DNA of 64,000 nt from Acidobacteriota bacterium (GTDB taxonomy: Bacteria; Acidobacteriota; Vicinamibacteria; Vicinamibacterales; UBA2999), in assembly GCA_031376505.1 (NCBI GenBank), contig JANMDX010000256.1:8682-72681 (forward strand), written 5' to 3'. The notes below the pieces were generated by a model. It was not told where the DNA came from, ran no database searches, and was given only the letters and a program-made list of their open reading frames with translations. A program made the translations under genes and the position numbers. Shown here piece by piece: positions 57,354 to 64,000 of this stretch; positions within the stretch are counted from its first letter, which is position 1; each line of letters starts with the position of its first letter.

Positions 57354-57686
57354 ATGGGAACTGACAACGCCGTGATCAAAGGCACGCTCGACCTGCTCAT
57401 TCTGAAGGTCGTGTCGCTCGAGCCCATGCACGGCTGGGGCATCGCTCAGCGCATCCAGGCCAGGTCGGAAGATGCCTTGTCGGTGCAGCAAGGGTCGCTC
57501 TACGCCTCACTGCATCGGCTGACTCGCGAGGGGTGGCTCGAGTCGGCCTGGCGTGACACCGACCTCGGCCGTCGCGCGCGCTTCTACGCCCTCACGCCAG
57601 CGGGCCGCATCCAACTCAATGCCGAGATCGGGCACTGGATCCGGCTCTCGCGAGGCGTGGCCAGAATCGTCGACGCGACCGCCTGA
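57354..57686 (+). CDS. PadR-family transcriptional regulator
   Basis: GTLDLLILKVVSLEPMHGWGIAQRIQ...GSLYASLHRLTREGWLES.W......R.RFYALTPAGR. Confidence 0.9.
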   Translation: MGTDNAVIKGTLDLLILKVVSLEPMHGWGIAQRIQARSEDALSVQQGSLYASLHRLTREGWLESAWRDTDLGRRARFYALTPAGRIQLNAEIGHWIRLSRGVARIVDATA

Positions 57687-57714
57687 GGCGGCCGCCACGT
57701 TCACAGGAGTTGCG

Positions 57715-60339
57715 ATGTCCTTGAGATCGAATCTTTCGTTCCGGATTCGGGCACTGTTCCGAGGCAACCGCATGCGCCGTGAGCTCAGCGACGAGATGGC
57801 GTTCCACCAGGAGATGGAGGCGCGGCAACTCGTCGAGCGGGGCTGGCTGCCGGAGGCAGCAGTTACCGAAGCCCGGCGTCGCTTCGGTCACGAGGGGCAG
57901 GAGGCACAACGTGCGCGCGACAGCTGGGGCATCGGGGCCGTCGTCGATGCCGGCGGTGATGTGCGCGTGGCACTGCGGCAGCTGCGTCGGCGTCCGCTGT
58001 TCACAGTACTCGGCGTGGGCACGCTCGCCCTCGGCATTGGCGCCACCGTCGCGCTGTCGAGCGTCGTGATCGGGCTGCTCGTGCGTCCGATGCCGGTAGC
58101 CGACGAGGCGCGCGTGCAGGTCTTCTGGAGCGACTTCAACTGGCGCGGCGTGGAGTTCGACTTCGTGAAGCAACGCCAGCACGCGTTCTCGAGTCTGGCC
58201 GCCTACTCGAACGAAAGCTACACCCTGCGCGTGCACGACCAGAGTTCGACGGTGTTGGCCACGGTGGGCTCGGCCGAGCTCTTCGACGTCCTCGAGGCCA
58301 GGCCGCTCCTGGGTCGGGCCTTCCAGGCCGGCGACGACCGGCCAGGCGCGGCGCCGATAGCGGTGGTGAGCCACGGGTTCTGGCAGCAGGAACTCGGCGG
58401 CGATCCGGGTGCCGTCGGGCGTCGCATCGAGATCGACGGCGCGTCCGTCGAAGTCGTCGGCGTGATGCCGCGCGGCTTCTATTTCCCGTCGCCGGCGTTT
58501 CGTATCTGGCGGCCGCTGACGCTCGATCCCGCGACGGACAGCTATCAGGGCAACGGCTGGCTCGTGCTGGTGGGCCGCGAACGCGCCGGGCTCAGCCGCG
58601 GTGAGCTCGCCGCCGATGTGCAAGCCATCGCCGCGGCCCTGGGTGAGCGCTTTACCTACCCGGAAGCGTGGGACAAGACGCGTGGGGCGGCGGTGACGCC
58701 GCTGCGCGAGTACACGAGGGGGGCGATCAGGCCGGCCATGTTACTGCTGCAGACGGCGGTACTGCTGGTCCTCCTCATCGCGTGCGCCAACGTCGCTGCG
58801 CTCGTCCTGGCCCGGACGACCGACCGGCGAGAGGAACTAGCACTGCGCACGGCCCTTGGCGCCGGCCGTGGACGCCTGGTACGGCAGATCGTCACCGAGT
58901 CGGTCGTGATGTCGGTGATCGCTGGAGGCCTCGGGGCTGGACTCGCCGTGGCGGGATTCCGCACGCTGGTCGCGCGCCTCCCACTGACCGACGGCCTCGA
59001 GGACGCCCTGACGGTGGACTGGACGCTCTTCGCCTTGTCGGCAGGACTGTCGCTCGTGCTGGGCGTCGTGGTGGCATTGGCGCCCGTGCGTGGCCTCGTC
59101 GCCGGCCGCCGGCAAGGGCCAGGGGGCGAGCGCTCTGCTGGCGGTATCGCGGCGGCGGGTCCCCGTCGAGTACACAACACGCTCGTTGCGGCGGAAGTGG
59201 CTCTCGCGGTGCTGCTCATCGCCGGAGCCGCGATGTTCACGCGTTCGGTCAGCCGCCTCTATGCCATCGACGCCGGCTTCGACGCGGTCGATGTCGCGGC
59301 CATCGATCTGGTGGCGCCAACCCGCATCATGGCCGCCGCCGAGCGGGCGACGTTCTTCCGGGACACCATCGCGCGCGTGGCGGAGATGCCTGGTGTGCGG
59401 GCCGTGGGCCTGGTCACACGCCTGCCCTTGCGCGACGGCGGGTGGCAAGGCACGGTGACCATCGAGGACCGTACCGACTTGCGCGAAGGGCGCGAACCGA
59501 ACGCGCTGTACCGCGTCATCTCGCCCGGCTACCTGCAGGCCATGGGCATGACCCTGACTGACGGGCGTGCGTTTGCGGCCACTGATGGCCATGGAGCCCC
59601 GGCGGTGGGCATCGTGAGCGCTTCGTTTGCCAAAACGATGTGGCCTGACCGCAGTCCTGTGGGGCGCCGCGTACAACACACCTTCGACGACACACCCCGG
59701 TGGGTCACGATCGTCGGCGTGGTCGAGGAAGTGCGCATGACGCGCATGACCGGCGACAACCCGCTGGTGCTCTATGTGCCGCTCGCGCAATCGGACGCGC
59801 CGGAAGGCTCGGTGCTCGTGGTGAGAGGCGCAGGAACCGCCCCGCCGGTCTCCGCCGTACGTGCTGCCATCCACGACGTCGACGCACGCGTCGCCATCGG
59901 GCGAGTCACCACGCTCGATGCCGTGATCGCGGCAGCCGTGGCCGAACCGCTGCGCCTGCGCTTCTTCTTGTCGGTGCTCGGCGCGCTGGCGCTCGTGATC
60001 GGCGCAGTCGGAATCTACAGCGTGGTGTCGTACTCCGTGACCAGACGTCGTGCCGAGTTCGGCGTGCGTCTCGCACTCGGTGCGTCGCCTGGACGTATCC
60101 TCAGACACGTGATCGGCGGCGGCCTGATGCCGGTGGGCGTCGGCGTGGTGACCGGCATCGGAAGCGCGTTGGCGATCGGCTCAGCAATGAGCCGGTTCCT
60201 CTACGGCGTCGCCCCGACCGACCTCCCGAGTCTGATCGCCGCTGCTGCAACCCTGCTGGCCGCGGGCGCGCTGGCCGCGTCGATTCCGGCCGTGCGCGCG
60301 GGACGTACAGACCCGGTGCAGGCCCTGAGGGCGGACTGA
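57715..60339 (+). CDS. ADOP-family duplicated FtsX/MacB-type permease
   Basis: N-terminus MSLRSNLSFRIRALFRGNRMRRELSDEMAFHQEMEARQLVERG is typical of the acidobacterial duplicated orphan permease family. Two MacB_PCD + FtsX halves. AGGAG Shine-Dalgarno sequence 6 nt upstream of ATG 57715. Confidence 0.9.
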   Translation: MSLRSNLSFRIRALFRGNRMRRELSDEMAFHQEMEARQLVERGWLPEAAVTEARRRFGHEGQEAQRARDSWGIGAVVDAGGDVRVALRQLRRRPLFTVLGVGTLALGIGATVALSSVVIGLLVRPMPVADEARVQVFWSDFNWRGVEFDFVKQRQHAFSSLAAYSNESYTLRVHDQSSTVLATVGSAELFDVLEARPLLGRAFQAGDDRPGAAPIAVVSHGFWQQELGGDPGAVGRRIEIDGASVEVVGVMPRGFYFPSPAFRIWRPLTLDPATDSYQGNGWLVLVGRERAGLSRGELAADVQAIAAALGERFTYPEAWDKTRGAAVTPLREYTRGAIRPAMLLLQTAVLLVLLIACANVAALVLARTTDRREELALRTALGAGRGRLVRQIVTESVVMSVIAGGLGAGLAVAGFRTLVARLPLTDGLEDALTVDWTLFALSAGLSLVLGVVVALAPVRGLVAGRRQGPGGERSAGGIAAAGPRRVHNTLVAAEVALAVLLIAGAAMFTRSVSRLYAIDAGFDAVDVAAIDLVAPTRIMAAAERATFFRDTIARVAEMPGVRAVGLVTRLPLRDGGWQGTVTIEDRTDLREGREPNALYRVISPGYLQAMGMTLTDGRAFAATDGHGAPAVGIVSASFAKTMWPDRSPVGRRVQHTFDDTPRWVTIVGVVEEVRMTRMTGDNPLVLYVPLAQSDAPEGSVLVVRGAGTAPPVSAVRAAIHDVDARVAIGRVTTLDAVIAAAVAEPLRLRFFLSVLGALALVIGAVGIYSVVSYSVTRRRAEFGVRLALGASPGRILRHVIGGGLMPVGVGVVTGIGSALAIGSAMSRFLYGVAPTDLPSLIAAAATLLAAGALAASIPAVRAGRTDPVQALRAD

Positions 60340-60421
60340 CATCGGTGTCCAGCCGATGCCGACGCCGGGCTCGGCAGCCGGCTGCCAGCCGGCCTCTCGC
60401 GAGGGGCTGCGCTGTGGCTGC

Positions 60422-61540
60422 TCATCGTGAGAATCGTGCTTTGAGGCTCAAGAACGGCGTTTCGAGCCATCGATACGAAACGGCCGCGAACACGACAGTC
60501 AGGGCAAGCGCCGCACTGAACTGAAGAGCCATCGGCATCAGGGCGGGGCCAGGAGCCGCAAGATAGTTCCACGCCAGCGACAGCGCGAGCAGGTGAAACA
60601 CATACAGACCGTAGGATATTCGCCCGAGGTATACCGTCCATCCCCAGGGGCTCTCGCAGGCGAGCGCTGCGACAACCAACACACCCGAAGCCAACGTCGC
60701 GGCTGGGTACGTGAGCAGCACCCACGGCCCGTCCTGCGGCGCATAGCCGCACACGACGAACATGGCCAATGCCGTGGCCATCATGGCCCATCGCATCGGC
60801 AGTGACACGTGCGGTCTGCGCCCAGCCAACAGGGACGCCATGAGAGCCCCAGCGGCGATCGGATCCAACCGTGTGACCGGGTTGGTCCAAAGCCACCGGT
60901 CATCGGCCGCTGCACCGATCGCGACCACGAACGCTCGCGCCACTACGGAGACGAGAATCAATGAGAAGGCGATGGTGCGCAGATGCGCCATGAACCTGGA
61001 CAGGGTCAGCGGCCACAGCAGATAGAACTGCTCTTCCATCGAGACCGACCACAAAATGAAGGCCACGGTCTGGATCCCCCAGGGCCGCATGACGATCGCG
61101 ACGTTGGCCAGGAAGACACTGAAAGCCGCGAGATGGAATCTCGGGAACGACTGGTGCAAGACCAGCGGAACGATCCACGTCGCGGCCGCCAGGAACACGA
61201 AGTACAACGGCCAGATCCGCAGGATCCGGCGAATCCAGAAGGCCTTGACATCGATCGAGCCACACCGCCTGTGCTCGCGCAGCAGCAGTTCAGTGATGAG
61301 GTACGAGCTCAAGAAGTAGAACAAGTCGAGCCCGAACCGGCCACCGACTTTCAGCGCCGTGAGCGCAGCACCGATTCCTGCCGGTACCCCGGCTGCAGCC
61401 AGCGCCTCGTACTGGGGAAGTCCATGGGTACAAAACACCAGCAGAAAAGCGCCGAAGCGAAGCGCGTCGAGCTGCGGGTAGTAGAAGCGTGACGTGTCGC
61501 GAGGCAGCGGCGCGCCAGTGGCTGTCACGGTCTGCGTCAT
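60422..61540 (-). CDS. Acyltransferase family 3 membrane protein
   Basis: YYPQLDALRFGAFLLVFCTH, GLDLFYFLSSYLITELL, WSVSMEEQFYLLWP. Start at ATG 61540. Confidence 0.8.
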   Translation of the reverse strand: MTQTVTATGAPLPRDTSRFYYPQLDALRFGAFLLVFCTHGLPQYEALAAAGVPAGIGAALTALKVGGRFGLDLFYFLSSYLITELLLREHRRCGSIDVKAFWIRRILRIWPLYFVFLAAATWIVPLVLHQSFPRFHLAAFSVFLANVAIVMRPWGIQTVAFILWSVSMEEQFYLLWPLTLSRFMAHLRTIAFSLILVSVVARAFVVAIGAAADDRWLWTNPVTRLDPIAAGALMASLLAGRRPHVSLPMRWAMMATALAMFVVCGYAPQDGPWVLLTYPAATLASGVLVVAALACESPWGWTVYLGRISYGLYVFHLLALSLAWNYLAAPGPALMPMALQFSAALALTVVFAAVSYRWLETPFLSLKARFSR

Positions 61541-61833
61541 GTCCCGGGGTGTGTCGTGGATGGATGGAATGCACGCAGTGTGCGGGACGCCGGTGACCAG
61601 GACTGCGCCGATTCCCAGGCCGCAGGACACGGTCGAGTGGTCACAAGTAGACATCAGGAAAGTGACGAATCGCAAACAACCGGGCCGGGCCTGCTGGTGA
61701 CGGGAGCGCGATCACCCTGGGCACGACGGGGTCCTGTGGTATTGACTCGCTGCATGCGTCTTCCAGGATCTGCGCGGACCAGGGCGTTGCTCTCGACAGG
61801 AATCTGGCTCGACGCCGGAGGGCCGGGGCCGGC

Positions 61834-63435
61834 GTGCTAGGCTGGCGCGTGGTCAGTTTTCCGAGTCGGCAGAAGGCCAGTCTCATTGCCGCGTTGGTTC
61901 TGGGTGCGGCTTTGCGGATTCCAGGGGTGTTCTGGGGATGGAACTTCCCCCCGGGGTGGGCCGACCATCACATCGATGAGTTCACTCATCAGATCTATGC
62001 GGAGATGCTGATCGAACCGACCAGGCCTCCTCGATGGTCGCCAAATCCCTATCCCAGAGGCCTGGCCGCGCACGTCGCGCTGCCGTTTCTGGCCGTGCGC
62101 GCCGTTCAGGGCCAGCTTCGCGGCGAGTTACCCCCGGTTGTTCAGATCATCACAGCCGGCCGGGTCGTCGTGTGGCTGTACGGCACCGCGACGATCGGGA
62201 TCGTGTTCCTGTTGGCCAGACGCTTGTTTTCAGACAGCCGCGTGGCTCACCTGGCGGCATGGCTCTTCGCGCTGGCAGGGCTTCACGTCACGCAAAGCCA
62301 TTTCTTCGTGGCCGACGTGCCGGCGCTGTTCTGGTCGCTTGTGGGCACGCTCTTGCTGCTGCGGGAGATGCTGCGACGAGACGCGTCCGGTCATGTGTGG
62401 CTGAGCGCTGCCGCCTTCTCTTTCGGAGTGGCATTCGGCCTGAAACTGGTCGTCGCGACCCTGCCGTCTTTGGCGATCGTGGCGCTGTGGCGACCCGCCA
62501 GGATGGAACGGGCCATCATGGCCGCGGCGTTCTTCCTGTGCGGGCTGGTCATCGTCAACGCGGGAACCTACACCACACCTGAACTGCTCATGACGATGCT
62601 CAAGTCGGCGTCGTCCTGGGAGTTCAGCCGCGTCTTCAGCATGTTGGTGTACGCGATCCAGGGGCCAAGCCTGGCTGGCGGCGCGGTGCTGCTGCTCGGG
62701 ATGGCGGCGGTGATCCCGATGGCCCGTCGGCTGTTTGCGAAGCCCTGGACGGCCGACCGCACCGCTGTGGTTCTCTGCGTCATCCCGCCCCAGGTGATCC
62801 TGGCCGGGCTCGTCGTGTTCACGATGGACAATTTCCTGCGTCATGTGATTCCCTTCATCCCATGGCTCGTCCTGGCGGCCGCCTGGACCCTCGTTTCGCT
62901 CATCGACCAGGCGCGGCAAAGAGGGCTGCATGCGGCCTGGATCCTCGCGCCCGTCTTCGCGTATCAGCTGGCGTTCGTCGTAGACGGCGAGCGGTTCTTC
63001 ATCGACGAACCGCGGAACCACGCCGCGCAGTGGCTCCGTCAGAACGTGCCCTCACAAACAGAGATTTGGTGGGACGGCCATCAATTGATTTGGGACTACA
63101 AGGACATCGTGTTTCCGCGCGACGGCCGGCCTGAGGTGCTCGTCATCGAGATGCACCGCGCCAATGAATATTTGAGTGGCATGGGATGGAAGAACAACCT
63201 GCCCAGAGAGCGGCGGTTCGTATTCGGACCGAGATCCCAACGCACCGTGGATCAGCTCCAGGCGGTGTTTGAGGGTCGATCCGAGTACCGCGAGGTCGCC
63301 CGGTTCGAACCGCACTACGTCATGCCCGAATACCGGGTAGTGCAGACGCTGCTCGGGAATCGGTCCCGCAATTACCTCGCCGAGGTCGTGATATTCAAGA
63401 AAGCGCCGAGGATGAGCAGCCAACGCAGCGAATGA
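61834..63435 (+). CDS. GT-C fold glycosyltransferase (family 39/ArnT-PMT-like), tentative
   Basis: Multi-TM N-terminal two-thirds with an early loop motif (HIDEFTH), followed by a soluble C-terminal domain. GTG start. Confidence 0.6.
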   Translation: MLGWRVVSFPSRQKASLIAALVLGAALRIPGVFWGWNFPPGWADHHIDEFTHQIYAEMLIEPTRPPRWSPNPYPRGLAAHVALPFLAVRAVQGQLRGELPPVVQIITAGRVVVWLYGTATIGIVFLLARRLFSDSRVAHLAAWLFALAGLHVTQSHFFVADVPALFWSLVGTLLLLREMLRRDASGHVWLSAAAFSFGVAFGLKLVVATLPSLAIVALWRPARMERAIMAAAFFLCGLVIVNAGTYTTPELLMTMLKSASSWEFSRVFSMLVYAIQGPSLAGGAVLLLGMAAVIPMARRLFAKPWTADRTAVVLCVIPPQVILAGLVVFTMDNFLRHVIPFIPWLVLAAAWTLVSLIDQARQRGLHAAWILAPVFAYQLAFVVDGERFFIDEPRNHAAQWLRQNVPSQTEIWWDGHQLIWDYKDIVFPRDGRPEVLVIEMHRANEYLSGMGWKNNLPRERRFVFGPRSQRTVDQLQAVFEGRSEYREVARFEPHYVMPEYRVVQTLLGNRSRNYLAEVVIFKKAPRMSSQRSE

Positions 63436-64000
63436 CCTTCCTCCTGACTCTCGGCCTCATTCTTCTCACGTGGCTCGGGCTGGCGGCGGCACTGGCTGGC
63501 GTGGGCCTCGCATTTCAGCGGCAGTTCGGGATCCGGCGGATCACCGCCGATGGCGTGCTCGTCGCATTCTGGTTGGGATTCTGCGGCGCGATCCTGTTGC
63601 TGCAGATCTGGCACCTGGTATTTGCCGTGTCCTGGCAGCCGGGCGCCATTCTTGCCGTCGCAGGCCTCTATGGGTGGGGATCGAACCGGAAGGGCGTGCG
63701 CGATTGGCTGGCCTCGGTCGATTGGCGTTTGGCCTGGCCTGTACTTGTGGTTCTCGCCCTTGCCGCTGTCTGGACAGCGAACCGCGCCATGGGGCCGCAG
63801 AGCGCCTATGACAGCGGCGTGTATCACATTCAGGCCATGCGCTGGGTCCAGTCCTATCCAATCGTCCCGGGCCTCGGAAACCTGCACGGCCGACTGGCGT
63901 TCAACAGTGCGAGTTCGCTCTATGCCGCGATGCTGGCCATCGGCCCGTGGCACGACCGCGTCGAACACATTGCCAACGGCGCGCTCCTACTCGCGCTCTT
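63432..64000 (+). CDS. Integral membrane protein, 3'-truncated by the window edge
   Basis: Not in the ORF track because there is no in-window stop. The ATG at 63432 overlaps the previous stop (ATGA). The translation MTFLLTLGLILLTWLGLAAALAGVGLAF...GLGNLHGRLAFNSASSLYAAMLAIGPW is hydrophobic and helix-rich. Confidence 0.55.
   Translation, partial: MTFLLTLGLILLTWLGLAAALAGVGLAFQRQFGIRRITADGVLVAFWLGFCGAILLLQIWHLVFAVSWQPGAILAVAGLYGWGSNRKGVRDWLASVDWRLAWPVLVVLALAAVWTANRAMGPQSAYDSGVYHIQAMRWVQSYPIVPGLGNLHGRLAFNSASSLYAAMLAIGPWHDRVEHIANGALLLAL

Overview
High-GC bacterial chromosomal segment. Gene content looks Acidobacteria-like (PadR + ADOP duplicated-permease pair, ECF sigma + Ser/Thr-kinase/TPR pair), but this is an inference from content only. 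All family calls come from reading motifs in the supplied translations and DNA; no searches were run.

Left flank (1-10.8 kb): an Omp85-family outer-membrane gene, a HAD phosphatase, sucA/sucB, and an ECF sigma with its partner kinase.

Core (11.1-43.8 kb): a complete PEP-CTERM/exosortase exopolysaccharide island. It encodes a Wza-like exporter, an OM barrel, Wzz-like and BY-kinase proteins, an ExeA-like ATPase, a priming sugar transferase, a deacetylase, a FemAB-like protein, acyltransferases, three GT4-type transferases, an AsnB-type amidotransferase, an O-antigen-ligase-like polymerase, a lyase-like protein, PrsT, EpsI, an exosortase and one PEP-CTERM substrate.

The most interesting aspect is the regulatory wiring:
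- The canonical PrsK/PrsR pair is absent from the window.
- The island is instead bracketed by two paralogous sigma-54 activators with no sensory domain and variant GAFTGA loops (GSFTGA, GSFTDA).
- Next to it sit two tandem degenerate-receiver/PilZ proteins.
- Five -24/-12 sigma-54-type promoter motifs lie directly upstream of the PEP-CTERM gene, two large tandem secreted paralogs inside the island, one REC-PilZ gene, and a subtilase further downstream.

Right flank (45.5-64 kb): FKBP isomerase, pseudouridine synthase, D-Cys desulfhydrase family, an S8 protease with about 16 N(I/V)VWG repeats, GNAT, a CBM9/DUF5916-like protein carrying 30 consecutive Gly codons, a kinase/phospho-lyase-type fusion, a Tat-signal flavin-reductase-like protein, PadR + ADOP permease, and a second envelope-glycan cluster.

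No rRNA, tRNA, CRISPR array or mobile element was recognised.
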